DNA of 63,762 bases, the filler included, from Pelomyxa schiedti (taxonomy: Eukaryota; Protista; Evosea): NCBI GenBank assembly GCA_020536535.1. It is 14 parts of 14 records of this genome, joined end to end, with 100 filler letters (N's around TTAATTAATTAA, not from the genome) between each part and the next. Parts side by side here need not be neighbours in the genome. Positions count along the whole stretch, not along the records: positions 37,383 to 50,900 come from JAHLWZ010001191.1; 13 more parts are not named here. One strand, written 5' to 3'. How positions within the stretch are numbered: position 1 is the first letter of the stretch; every line of letters begins with the position of its first letter. The notes beneath the pieces are model-generated. The model made no database searches and had not been told where the DNA came from. It saw only the letters and a list, made by a program, of their open reading frames with translations. Below are positions 37,879 through 50,900 of the stretch, one piece after another. The position numbers and the translations under genes were made by a program.

Positions 37879-40095
37879 TTAATGCTGGAAGGACAACCAC
37901 AACTTTGTGGCCTCGGGAACCCCAAGATTTTCAGCGATGTTCATTTGGCAGTGCTGAACAATCTCGTCGAATGTGATACCTGTCACTCTGCTGACGGTGT
38001 AGTCAATGTGGTGAGGTGAGCCTATCACTGCCCCCATGAATTTCGCTCTCACTGAGTCTGCTGTGATATCTGGGAACTGCTTCAAGAGCATTTTCCAAGT
38101 GGAAAACTTGATTCCCCCGAGATTGTTCGTTTTGTTGGATTCACACAGTTCAGTGAGTGTGATGTGGAACTTTGTGATCAGCCACCGAGCACAGCTTGTT
38201 TTGGAGCATGACAGCAACTTGAACAACAGCTCGTTTTCATTGGCCTTGACTTGGTCAGCCGTCAGGTGGTAGTGCTCAATCAGCCACTTTGCTACTTTAC
38301 TTGACCTTACCTCATTGAATAGCTCCGACAGGCTGTCAGCAACTTGTGACTGTGAGAACTCACCCAGTGAGACCATCTGTTTGGCTGAGTTCAGGTCAGC
38401 ACCAAGTGCAGAAGCCAGAACAATGTCCCACATTCTGGTGGCAGTGATACTGTCAGATAGTATGTGGAACCTCTCCAGCAAAAACGTGGCACCACTGAAG
38501 TTGAAATGCCGCAGGCAGGCTTTGACCGATTGTATAACCTGATGTTTGTCAATGTGCTCAACTGGAACATGTTCCAGCACCCACTTCAGTGAACCACAGC
38601 CGTGGGAGAAATTAGCTACAACCTCCAGTTTTGGGTACATTCCCTTGTAATCGCAAGCAGTACAGTCTGGTTGGTGATATGTTGCTTCCAACCAGTTTGC
38701 AACTACAATGTTGCCCATGCACAAGGAATTTTCAATTGACCGTTCCAGAACGGCTGGTGGCAAATTCTTGGTTCTCTCCAACATGAATTTCACAACAGGA
38801 ACGCTGTCCTTTTTGTTCTCAAATACACGAGGGAACTCATTCAGTGACGGAAACGGCGCCTTTCTAACATCAAGAAGCCACTGCAGAAGCTTCACGTCAC
38901 AGATGAGGTAATAGGCTCTTTGCAAACATGAATCCATTATGAATCCTCTCTCCACAAGCCACCTCAGAGTCTTCTCATTGTCAATGTGAACATCATCCCA
39001 CTTAAGAGATGGAAACCTCTCTGAAAACCACTTACACCCTTCAATGTAGTCCTCACTCCTGCAATTTTTCAGGAAAGGCTCCACCACAGTTGTAATTGGA
39101 GTGCTGATGTAAGTATGAGGGAACATCCCAAAGAACCACTTGACAACATCAAGATTCCCACTCCTAGAAGCAGCTCCAAAAACTGGACAAGAACTCACCA
39201 CCCTTGATGCTATTCTGGAGTCCCAGTTCCCATAAATCCATTCCGCAACATCCAGGCGGCCACCTTCAAGAGCCGCAAGAAACGGCCAGCACAGCTCCCA
39301 CTTCATCACCCCAAACCTTCCCACAATCCACTTTGCCACCCCCAGGTGTCCTGCGCGACACACCGCGCTCAGTATTGGATCCTCTCTCCCAGATACACAA
39401 AGTACATCCTCCACGCTCCATCCCCTGCCCTTCCTCGCGAGATATGACCAATCCTCACACCCGCTGGCCACAGAAGCCTGAGGACCAGCAGGAGGAGGGT
39501 CGACGAGTCGCTTTGCAGATTCGATGTGGCCGCCCACACACAGTCCCCTCAGAACAGCAACCCACTCCCTCACCGATTTCGATGATGAAGCCTCATCATC
39601 ATCACCACCATTGTGGGTCGTGCTGCCGCTGTAGTTGTTGTTGTGGCTGAGCAGCCACCTCGCGCACCTGCCCACGCCCACGCCCCCGCCACCGCCCGCG
39701 ACGGCGGCACACTCCAAAGCGAAATAATGGGAGCGGTACCCAGGCGTATTGTCGCCGCCGTCGTTGAACCCCAGGCGGGGCACGCGGGCGCCGCGGGTGG
39801 CCAGGGCGGCGCGGCAGACCCTGGGGACCAGCGGGAAGAGCGCCTCCGCGACGCCCATGGCCCACGACCACTCGGCCCGCGCCTGGGCCGTGGGCCGGAA
39901 CACGACCCCCCGCTCCGAATCCGCGGCCCACATGGGCACGAGCACCCAGTCCCACACCACTCGCGAGACCGTCATCGCGTCGGGGTGGTGGTGTCCGGTT
40001 CCGTCTGGAAAGGGCGGCTCATGGGTTGTTGTGGTCGTAGCCATTTCGCTGGTTGGTTCGCCTGTTGAGAGGTTTTTTTTTATCTCCATCAACAA
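37879..40095 (-). CDS. Ankyrin-like family paralog 4, intronless (738 aa ORF)
   Basis: MTVSRVVWDWVL, AEALFPLVPRVC, YFALECA, GLCVGGH, VCRAGHLGVAKW, WELCWPF, SSKVAKWLIEHY, TWKMLLKQFPDITA. Confidence 0.9.
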   Translation of the reverse strand: MLMEIKKNLSTGEPTSEMATTTTTHEPPFPDGTGHHHPDAMTVSRVVWDWVLVPMWAADSERGVVFRPTAQARAEWSWAMGVAEALFPLVPRVCRAALATRGARVPRLGFNDGGDNTPGYRSHYFALECAAVAGGGGGVGVGRCARWLLSHNNNYSGSTTHNGGDDDEASSSKSVREWVAVLRGLCVGGHIESAKRLVDPPPAGPQASVASGCEDWSYLARKGRGWSVEDVLCVSGREDPILSAVCRAGHLGVAKWIVGRFGVMKWELCWPFLAALEGGRLDVAEWIYGNWDSRIASRVVSSCPVFGAASRSGNLDVVKWFFGMFPHTYISTPITTVVEPFLKNCRSEDYIEGCKWFSERFPSLKWDDVHIDNEKTLRWLVERGFIMDSCLQRAYYLICDVKLLQWLLDVRKAPFPSLNEFPRVFENKKDSVPVVKFMLERTKNLPPAVLERSIENSLCMGNIVVANWLEATYHQPDCTACDYKGMYPKLEVVANFSHGCGSLKWVLEHVPVEHIDKHQVIQSVKACLRHFNFSGATFLLERFHILSDSITATRMWDIVLASALGADLNSAKQMVSLGEFSQSQVADSLSELFNEVRSSKVAKWLIEHYHLTADQVKANENELLFKLLSCSKTSCARWLITKFHITLTELCESNKTNNLGGIKFSTWKMLLKQFPDITADSVRAKFMGAVIGSPHHIDYTVSRVTGITFDEIVQHCQMNIAENLGVPEATKLWLSFQH

Positions 40096-40256
40096 AAGAA
40101 TTTTTCTGTAAGAAAGGAGAGTTCGCTTGTTGAGAGGTTTTATTAATTGTTCGCTCAGTCAAGAGGCATTAGGATCGAAGGAAAATACGGGGACAAGAGG
40201 GAGTTGTTGGAATTCCATAAATCTATTTTAGGTATAGACCATACAATAGAGTGTGT

Positions 40257-40747
40257 TCACTCAGTGTTTGGATGCTGGTGTAGCTGTGGGTGCCGGTGTT
40301 GTTGCTGGCTCCTTGGGTGTGGTTGTTTGTTTGTTAGGATCAGTGTTAAAACGTTAACTAAATAATGGTTGCATACTTCATCATCACTATCCAGATATCT
40401 CTGTAGCTCCGGGTCCTGTGCCGCAATCTCTTCAGCCGTTAGATTCAGTGACGTAGCAGAGGCTAATTATATTGGTAAGTACAAGCGAGTTTGAGTTTGT
40501 CATTCAAGTTCGATGGTGACTTTATTTCTCTACGAAAATAACACTACGGAAAACTACATTCAATAATAATATCTAATATCGCAACTAGAAAGAAACCTAT
40601 AGCGGAACCAGTAGCGGGGCCGGCCGTGTTTATATTGAACGCATCCGGAATAACAAACGCTCCTGTTGTCGGCTGTTGTGTCGATTCGTTGTGAGTTATT
40701 ATACTTATTTCCTCAATAATTAACTCAAAGCATCTCACCTTGGACAT
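40257..40747 (-). CDS. Small hypothetical multi-exon protein
   Basis: ATG-initiated ORF plus downstream exon EEIAAQDPELQRYLDSDDE. Confidence 0.4.
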
Positions 40748-41063
40748 GATGTTTTTTATTTCTTTTTTCTTTTGGGTGTGTGGCTGTTGAAACCTTCGTT
40801 GTTTGTTGGTTTTTCAGTTTTTCGTGGAACAGTCATCATCAATCTGAACAAGCCCAGATTCCCCAGTCTCATCTGAATCCTCCAAGGCAACAGGTCTTCA
40901 TGTAGGAATCAGCTGGTGCTCTCGGCTCAGAGGCCTCCTCAGTCAAATGGGAACTTCAGGAAACTCCTAATTTCAGGAAAAATTGTGGTAGTGATACGGT
41001 AGGTACAAAAAAATGTTGTTACAACAGTGGGATTGGTGGGGGTGTTTGGATACGGGGTCGTTA

Positions 41064-44000
41064 TCATCTGCTGTTGATTTTGTGCTGTGGCTGTAGTTTG
41101 TCCGTCGTTGTGATTGTATCTGTGCCTGATGTTGTCGCCGACGTGGCCGACGTGCCAGTCTCCCCATAAGAGTACGACGGCGCCCTCGCGTGCGCCTTGG
41201 GAGCGGCAGAAGGCAGCCTCAGCAGCGCCGGGGGCACAACCGGCGGCACGGGCGCCTGGAACGACGGCGGGAGCGGCGGCGGCGGCGGCGGCGGGCTGCC
41301 CGGGGGCACCGCGCACCCCAGACCCAGCCCAAGCCCCAGCCCCATCCCCCGAGGCGACAGCGACCCCGGCGGGGGGCTCGTCGGCGGCGGGGGCGTGGCC
41401 GGCGGCGCGGCCCCCAGAACCACCGCGGTCCTGAGCGGCGGCGGGGCGGTGGGCGGGGGCGCCGGGGGAGGCGGCCCGCTGGGGGGCCCCAGGGCCTGCG
41501 GCTGCGGCTGCGGCGGTGGCTGTGGCTGGGGCTGTTGCTGGGCCTGGGGCTGTTGTTTGTCCTTGCGGTGGGCGAGGTAGGTGTTGAGCTTGGATTGGCG
41601 CCATATTGGGATGGAATCGAAGGTTTCTTTCGCGGATCCTGTGGTTTTGCTTCTTTCGCGGACTTCTTTGATTGGTTTGTCCACTGATGTTGATGTGGTT
41701 GAGTGGTGCACAGATAGGCATTTGGGCAATGTGATTAAATTGAAACTGGGGAGGGGGGGGAGTTTACATTTGGCATCTGGGGAATAACAGCGGTAGGCAC
41801 CAATAACTACAACAGGGTGAACTGTGGCGTATACCAAATGACTATGGAAAGAAGAAGTAAATCAAAAGGTAAACTGTTATGAGGATAGCTACTTGGAGGC
41901 GGAAAACAAAGTGCTATAGTACACCCCAGTTTGGCCAAATTTCTTGACAACAACAAAAGTCTCTGGGTGCCAAGCATATATAGAACCTTCAATGTCTGCT
42001 GACCAGACATAGCTGAGAACTTTTTGTTAGATGTTTGTATTTTTCGGATACTTGTACCCTAGGGAAACACAAAGAGTTGTAACTTCACACGAATGACCGG
42101 CAAGCTGTGCAACGCAGCTCTGTGAAGAAGTTGGGTCTTTAGTTGTTGTTGGTGAAACACACCATTTCGGTGGAGTTGAAAACACAGATTTTCTTTGATG
42201 CACCAAACCATACATTAGAATCTACAGAAACTGGGCAAATATACTTGCTTGGTAGAATATCTGAAAGATGGCATGAGACTAAAGTTACTGGGCACAAGGG
42301 CGATACTTCTGGTTAAAATTTGGTTGGTAGCCATTGTAGCACAGTCGAGAACGACAATCTTCTTATAGCATCCAATCCACATGTACCCCATGCATTGACA
42401 CATGGAATTAATTCGAACTTCAGATGGGTTGAAGCTGACTTTATTTAGAATAGATTTGGTCTGGAATACGATGAGTCACAAATGAAAGTTACAGCTCCAT
42501 GAACCTGCGGATGTATCATGACTACTGTAGCCTCCGTTGATGACACTGACCACACAGACTTCACATCACCTGTTTCTGTGTGATTGGAATAAACTGCCAC
42601 CATGCTTGCAATAATATGTTGATCTCCATGAGCATTAATGGGAGATTTAGCCCTTCCAGTCTGATTTACATAGTGAGGGAAAGTATGGCGAATGAAATAC
42701 CCACAGAGGAATCGAAAACTATAATCTTTCCATATTCAGTTCCAGCCCACACTTCACCTGAAGTGCGCCCACTACCACAGCCCACAGCAGGTGGAGGGGG
42801 TGGGGGAATGAAAAGTAGACAGTATATCCGACATTTTTGTGAGAGGCATAGAGAGGTGCCAACAAAACCCCCATGCACAGCATCAGGTTTGCGGATTGTT
42901 CCATCTGCACATCCCACCTTAGGGAGATGTTGGTATTCTGTGATGTAGGGTGGAGAGTACCCATAGAGTGCCACTTCGGGGATCTGATGCACTACTCCAT
43001 ATTTTCACATCGGATGTTACCTCCCAGAGCTGCTTCGGCTGTTCAGCAAGTGGAATCATTTCTGCAGTTGTTAAAAAAGTTTTACGACTTTCAGAGGTAC
43101 TTTTTTTCTTTTGTGGCATATGCACTTCTTTTCCAAGAATAGTGAGCAGGCTTTCAACAATGGAGCCGGCTTTAGGTCTTTCTGAAGGATTTTTCAGCCA
43201 GCATTGTTTAATCAGCTCTCGGACTGATGTTCTACAGATTGTTAGTTGGGTCATGGTATCCATAGGTACATAGGGAAAGAATCTGGTAGAGTGGGGCGCA
43301 GGCCATTCGAAATCGCCGTTTTCATGGATTGGGCTCGCCATTCCCACTGGTTGCCTTTTTTATTGGCATATAACTCATTCTCAGCATATTCTAATTTCAC
43401 ACTTTTAGGGATTAACATGAATAATTCAATGTACCGTCATAAGGAAATTGCCTAGTGATAATTTCATAGCACACAACCTCCGTGGCATTAGAAATTTAAC
43501 TTGAAGTTCTATTGTCATACCCCAAAACTGAAAATATCAGACTGCTCATCATAATATTGTGATGACGAATCAATAACTTCTGGTGCGAGCCACTAAAAGA
43601 ATGTTACTTGAACTGTTTGCATGAGAGGAAGCACAACCTGCCAAGTGGTTAAATTACCACTCACTTTACCCGCAGCAGTTACACTTAGACCAACTGAAAA
43701 GTGAGTTAGAGGATGATGAGTATCAACACATACAATCTGCTACTTTTGCCCTCACAGGTGCACTGGGATCAAGTGTCAAAACCTGTGTGTCCAGTAAGTA
43801 AAAGATAGTACAAAAAGTCATACAAAAATATTTGGACTGCGGAGGTCCCTAAATAAGGTTAATACAAAAAAAAAAAGGCAATGAAGTACCGGTGGACAAT
43901 TGGGGGATGCAGAGATTGCAAGTAATGAAGTCCCTGTGCAACATCTAGTGCTAACTGAAGTCTTAAACGCCAGCTAGCTAGCTTTAATGCTACACTGCAA

Positions 44001-47000
44001 CACGAGCAATTCTTCATACCTCATTGGGTGAGCGTACAAGGCATCCATATCCGGAATTGAATCGAGCCCATCAGCAGAAGGAAGCACTGTGTATATTTAT
44101 TAGCAGTGTACCACGAATATTAGTTCAGAAGTTACCTGCCGCAGTTTCAACTTGTTTGTGCAGGATTTTAAATAGGTCACCCATTGTTACGAACTCCATA
44201 ATCATCATTGGGGGTGATACACAAATGCCATACAATTTAACGATAAAGGGGTTATCCAGCATACTTAACCAACAGTCAAATATATTTATTAAGTGATGTC
44301 TCTAACCTCATCAGTAGCACTTCTTTCTTGAATTCTAATAGTTTTTCGAGCACTTCTTCATCTTCGGTCCTTACAATCAACTCTTTGACAGCTACATCTC
44401 GTCCATCCAGAGTTGCTAACTCTTTTTTCAAAAAGAAGAAAAAAGAAAAATAAGGGTACCTCTGTAGATTTTGCCGAAGCCACCTGTAGATGGTGATATG
44501 AATAAGTGATAAAGGAACAACAGAACACACCTGACCCAATGGGTACCATATTAATTAAGTCTGCAGGTGCAATATGAAATTGTGTCTCCAATAGGAGATC
44601 TGGAACAAGAGTATGTGGCCGGACTTCGATATTTTCTACCTAGTTGGGCAGGTTATTGTCCTGGGTGTAAAAAATGCCTCTGAAACAGAATTACCTTGCA
44701 CATCACTGATGAACGAGAAGCGATAGCTGCAACAATTTCTTCTAGGGGGAACTGATGTGGGGTGGGTGCTTTTGGATTTGACGCCGGATCGGGACAATGT
44801 GGACATGTGACTAACTGCTTGGTGTCAAGTTGCAGGTTCCTATTAGACAACATAAGGATTTATTAACCGTGGGAGATGGAAACTTATAAAAGCACTCAAT
44901 TGTCGTTTCCACACACTCCAGGAGTTTTGTGAGCAAGTGTTGTTTCTGAAGTAAAAAATAAGGCTGCAGAGGAGTTCATTGAAGGAAGTTACTGCATCAC
45001 TTGGGGTTCTTACGGTCACCACAAGAAAAGGACTGTAACTTGACGTTGCATCAAAACATATTGACCCAAACTGATTTCGGGCATCTGAGTGTGGTATTAA
45101 CAGTATGTTGTTGAAAAACAAGAAATAGAGTCAACCAAATTGAGGTGTGACTTCAAGACGTATGTTATTATGCCAGAATGAGTGTCGAGTAATATTGTGT
45201 AAATGTAGAACACGGAGTAGTACCCGCTCAAATAAACCAATGGGTACAATGGGAAAAACATACCACCGCTCTGATTGGAGTTAATGCTCAAAGTTTTTGG
45301 TTTTCACGGCTTACCATAAGATTGGTAGTTGGTAATGTTAGTCTCTGGCCATATCTCTGATGCCTCAGGTGGTTCTTTTGTTGACAGAGCACTAGTGTAT
45401 GGTAAAGAAGAAACAGATAGAAGAAAGAAAGTATAGCATTCAAGGACTCACCACGGAACGATGTAACCTTCTTGGCCATTTAAAGTCACTGGGTACAATA
45501 TCAAGAATAGAGATAGTCTGCCACGAAAATTGATTGAGGTTTGAGAGTGGAAAAATTACAGTTCTATAATCAACGGGTGATCTTTTGTGTCATATGCTTG
45601 CCAGACTTGTAGAAGTCCCTCTCGAGGGAGGAAACCATTACTTGCCATAGTAGGTTTGATGGTGACCATTGTAATCATAACGTCTAGGGGACCTTGGTTA
45701 CCCAAAATTGTTCCAGAAGCATACCAGAAAGATATTTTGGGTCAAGAACAACATATTCTCCCAGCTTAGAATCTTTGGAATCATAATAAACGACTGAACC
45801 GACTTCATGAAGGAATTCTGCAGCCTGGAGTCATCAAAATCGTGCTGTTCACTGAAGGGGTGAATACCTTCTTTACTTGATGTTGGTCAACCCCAGCAGC
45901 AGACGCAAAGCCAGAAAATTCAGCCCAATTAAGAGTTCGTTTGACTGGCTTCTTGTCACATAAAAGTTCATCAAGTGATACCCAGGAACCAGGAACCTTC
46001 ACATATCAGAACTTTTATTTGTGTCCATTTGTTTGTACTTTTTCTCGTAGTAATGCTTGTTTCTCAATCACTGTACCACAAATAATTGATTCCAGTTCTT
46101 CAAGGTCACCATCTCGGGCATCAAGTGGAATACACCCAATAGGAAGACAAATGTGCCGAAACTGAGAATATACACTTGAGCAAATTTCTTTTGCCTTTTC
46201 CAGTGAAGACAATTTATCGAGCCGTGTCCCTACAAGCAGAACGGGTGGAAAAGGAGGTGTGCGGACTGTACGAGCAACTTGTCTATTGGTGGTGGGAAAC
46301 AGAAATTCAATAATACCAATTTACCGCAGCCAATATTCCGTTCTCTGGGCATTAGGATTAGATAAATCAAAGATGACAAGGTAGATGGCTCGTCCAGTTA
46401 GGAAAAACTAGTTACATAAGTTTTTTTAAAATAAGAACTTGAGGAAAAACCTGATGAGTCGGCAGGAAAGCCGCCTGGCCACCAAAGTCTTGGTTGGAGA
46501 GAGGTTATTTTCTTTAAACAAACGAGATAAGAAGGTACCCCAAACATTAAATGAGACATCCCTTAATTTGATGTCTTGAATAAGAATCCCATCTGTTGAC
46601 TGGGAGTAAAACAAACGGGTGTTGACTGAAGCTACCTGTGGAAGATCCATCATTACTTTTCCCTTGCAATCGTTTTATGAGAGTAGTTTTGCCGACTGCT
46701 TCCTGGTGAATGTTTGTCTTTGAGATTAGTGTAAGATTCATACCGGACCAAGTAGGGCCAGCTTAATCTTAGGCCATCTTACTACTGAGGAAGCTGAGAC
46801 TTGCTGGAGGTATTTAAGGACTTCATCTGGCGTGGAAAGAGCAGGGGGAAGGGGGTTGGGCTGGTAGGTAAGTCTTCCAGTTCTTATGTGGTGAGCCAGA
46901 GTGTGGGGGAGAGAGGTAATCTGAGGAATATTAGTTCGTGGTTCGTGAGGTTACTTTAGATACTTGATTGTAAGCGCAATTGATGTGCATGTATAAGCAG

Positions 47001-50000
47001 TCTCCAAGAGAATCCGGAATCTCAGATAGTGAGTTGTGTTCAATCTTAGGATACATTAGAGAATAGACAACAAGTGATAAAAAAGAACATTCAGTTCCTG
47101 CAATCTTGGGGGTGGTGATACAATCTCTGGAAGGGATGTGAGAGCATTCCCTGCTGAAGGTTAGGGAAAGATGGGTTGGCGAAGGTGTACATGACAAATT
47201 GAGAGACTGTAGGGTTTTAATTTTAAAGAGTTCACTTGGCACTTGGGCTAAGATATTATGTGACAGATTTAACTGAGTGACAGATGTCAGTGATGCAAGA
47301 CCTTGCTCGAAATAGCCTTTGTTATGTAGAAGTAAGAAAAAAAATGAAGAGCGATGTCTCAGATACTTGGAAGCTGCCGCAACATCATAAAGGTGAAGCA
47401 CAATGTGGTCCCATTAGGCAGAGGCTCAGGGAGAAGTTCTGAAGAAATGTCACAATTCATTGAGTGAGTTTCAACATACTTTCAGTAAAAGAAATAGCAG
47501 CAATCGATTCAATGCATTTTTCGTTAAGCAGTCTGTGAGTTGGGGAAAGGTGTTGAAACCAATCAGTGATATTATTCTGGAAGTGTGCCATAAGAACAGT
47601 GAAACTCCGCATTTCAAACAAAACATCTTCATCTGGTGTAACCCCTCTTAGTCAAATGTCTTTTTTGCACCTTACATACCATAGAGAAATAGCAATAGGT
47701 TACTGAGTGTAAGTCCCTTTTTTAATGCAGCATGAATCAGTTCATCGAGATAGTTGTAGGTCTCGTCTACATAACCGCGTTTTATCTTACTTGCGTGGAA
47801 TTGCTGTGGTAGTTGGGAAATAGTAGCTTCAGGAAGACTAGGTAGTGTTTGCTTCCACGTTGTTCCTTTTCTGAGTTGCTTGAGTTAAGAGCACAAGACG
47901 TACAACTATACTTTTTTTTTGTGGTAAAAGTTCTGACAGCATCCTCGAAAAGATTTTTGACAGCAGCTCTGTCGCCAATAGATACAGACCGAACAGCCCA
48001 GCATGCCACTTCAATATTGCTTGGTGGTGAATATGGAGGTGGATTGGTGAACACGCTACTAGTGTTAACACTTCCGCCGGCTGTAGGTTTTCCGCCCTTA
48101 GTTCCTTTGCCACTGCTTCCACCTCCACTTCCGCTTCCACCACTACCACCACTGCCACTCACTCCTCCACTCCCACTGCCACTCCCAGTTCCAAAGTATG
48201 TGGGAAGTGCTGGAGGCGCTTCTCCATCCAACCACCTACTAAGTTCATCGGCATAAACAGGCCCGGCACCTGTTTCAATTGTTCTGCTATTGAAGCCCAT
48301 TGCCTGGAGCCGACGGTGTACCGGGTGCTTATTGCCGGCACACCACTCACACACCATGTCATGATCAATGACACATAAGAGTATGCAACACTTGGAACCA
48401 TACAGTTGTTGAGTTCTCTGAAGTCGCTCATTCAAGTGCATAAAACTAGCCCGGTCTAGCATACTGTAAACATAAATGCATATTTGTGGAGAATTCGGGG
48501 CTGGCTGATCCAGCTGACATAGACAAATATCGAGTGTAACACGCCTCCCATCCACGGCAATAGTTTTGGAGATGACATCAACCTCTATAAGAATGTAAAA
48601 AATCAATTTACTTTGGGAGAATGGACATACTGTTATATTGAACATTCTCTTCCTCAAATATGAACAAACCAGTAGCGAAATGCATTAACAAGGCTCTAGG
48701 AGTGATATCCATATCACCTGTCAGAGCTACGCGTACTTCCGTTTTTTCTAACTTGTTAATTCCCAAAGAGGGAACAGGTCCAGGGCTAGTGCTGAAGTTA
48801 TATAAGCTTGAAACTGACATTGCAGTGGAATTTTTGATGGGCTGTGGAGCTGTTTGGTTTGCGGATCCAGAAAGTGATGGAGCAATAGGCTGGGGTCTTA
48901 GGGTTAGTGGTGGGGGAGGCGCCGGAGGTGGAGATGTCGAAAGAGGTGGAGAGGATGCAACTACCTTTCCCCCCTCAAGAGGTGGGCTTGTTTTAGGCTT
49001 GTGAAGATTGGGTATAATTGATGGAAGTAATAAAGGTGATCGGCTTTCGATTGTTGGAACGCATTCCAGACTGGCCGCTCTGCCTTTCGATTGAGCGTCA
49101 GTTTCATCGGGAGTAGAAGGTGGTGAAGCGGAGTGCTGTGCAGTGAGTTCCTCGTCTCCCAATCCAGGAGTACGGGAGAGTTTGTGAGGGTGCTTCGAGT
49201 GGTGATGTGAATCGTGGTTTTTTCTTACAACGTGAGGGTTGGAATTCGCGTGGTGCTTATGAGATAAACGAGAAGGTAGTTGCAGTGGCAACATGCCTTC
49301 ACTTTGTGTCAGTGATTGCGGTAAATTTTCGAGGGTTGGTGCGGAATCATTTCTTCTTTCTCCGCGAGGTGACCTGATGCTATCCAAAGATGAATGGTGC
49401 TCTCTTGGAGACTTCACAGAATCCAGACCCAGGGGTGCCGGCGTTGTGCTTCTTCTATCTCCGCGAGGGGACCTCGTGCCCTCCAGGCTGGAATGTTCTC
49501 TCGGAGACTTTCCACTAGAAGAGTGCCTATGATGGTGACCGCTACTACTGCTGCTGATACTATTGACTATGCCCTCGCTACCCACCAAAGTATGCCTATC
49601 ACACTGCTGCCCTAGTGCATCATCGCCAGGCGATGGAATTCCACTGACGGAATGAAACGCGGAAGGTGCCGACGAAGTAAGTGCGGACGATGAGGGGAGT
49701 GACAGGAAATTGGTGCAGTTCGCTCCGGTGAGCGTGCCCATGTCCAATAATGGGATTCCACCTCCTCTTCGTGGTCCCTTGTGCTCGAACTTCAGCTTTG
49801 TTGGTGCGTCCTCATCAACACCGCTGTGTTTATTCATTGTTGTTGTTGCTGTTTGTTGTTGAGGGGTTGGTTTCAGTGGGATTTGTTGTTCTTGTGATGA
49901 GGTTGAGTTTACAGAATTTGTTGAAGTGGATGAGCAGGTAGACATTGTGGGAGACGACGAGTACGCGCCCGACGACGAGGGCGACGATTCGGTTGCGAAG

Positions 50001-50095
50001 AGGTGGTCGCCGCCGATCGGGATCGTAACCGGCATCGGCATCGGCGGTTGTTGATGATCTCCCGCCGTCGTGGTGTGTCGCGCGTCGTCGCCCAT
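41064..50095 (-). CDS. Roco/LRRK-family protein: S/P-rich N-terminus, degenerate Ras-like domain, LRR, Roc, COR, TKL kinase, beta-propeller-like domain, Pro-rich tail
   Basis: LRR LNLSHNILAQVP; Roc KLALLGP|EAVGKTT, DFGGQ, LLVGTRLDK; kinase VAVKEL, HRDLRSPNIF, DFGLS, WLAPE, SDIFSFG, CWLKNPSERP; VWAGTEYGKIIVFD. Confidence 0.9.
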
Positions 50096-50318
50096 CGTTT
50101 TTTTTTGTTTTTCTTCTCTTTGTTGCTTTTTTTTATCGGTTGTTCCTTCCAATGTGACGATTGATTTTGATGTTAAACGACACTTCGTTTCGTTTGTTTC
50201 TTTATTTATTTGTGTCGAGTTTTAAGGGAAGTGGAAATGGAAAATCAAAGTACGGAGAGAAGCCCATTCTGGGTTCATGGGAAGCTGACAAGGGGAATAG
50301 CACACAGTGGGTGTTGTT

Positions 50319-50900
50319 CTAGAATTTGTTTGTCATTGGGTCCATTGGTTGTGGATACTGGCCGGGGGGCATTCCCATGTCTCCCTGTGATATTTGTTTG
50401 TATTGCGGTAATTTTAGGGTTGGGGAATAATACCATGTATTGAAGAGGGGGTGGGGGTTGAGCTGGCATCATCGGCTGTTGTACAGGCATGTATCTTGGT
50501 TGCTGTAGCATCGACTGTAACATGTAAGGTTGACGCAGTCTTTCGGTGGAAAAATGTACCTGAACAATATTTGCATCAACCAATCTAAGTAAGACTTCGA
50601 TGTGTAAAATGGCATAAGCCAGCTGCGGGTTATTTGATAAAACGGATCGGGCTTGGTCCGGGTTATGCTGACACAAGCTCTAAAAGCCGTAAGTTGAAGA
50701 CTGAATGTGGGTCTTCACCTTGAATTGAGACAACACTTCTAGCAGTTGAGGTTGCGTAAGAGACTCCACTGCTTTATGAACGTCAATCTGCAGGAATAGT
50801 TTTCAGTGGGGATATGGCCGGTTATATGGTTACCTGATTTGTTGAGGCCGGGGAATTCATTGGAGGTTGTGCAGGGTAAGAGTTGGGATAAGCCGGAGCA
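50319..50900 (-). CDS. CSTF2: CstF-64/Rna15-like protein, hinge domain and C-terminus (5-prime end cut)
   Basis: QLLEVLSQFK..CQHNPDQARSVLSNNPQLAYAIL..LLRLVD matches the CstF-64 hinge. Confidence 0.75.
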
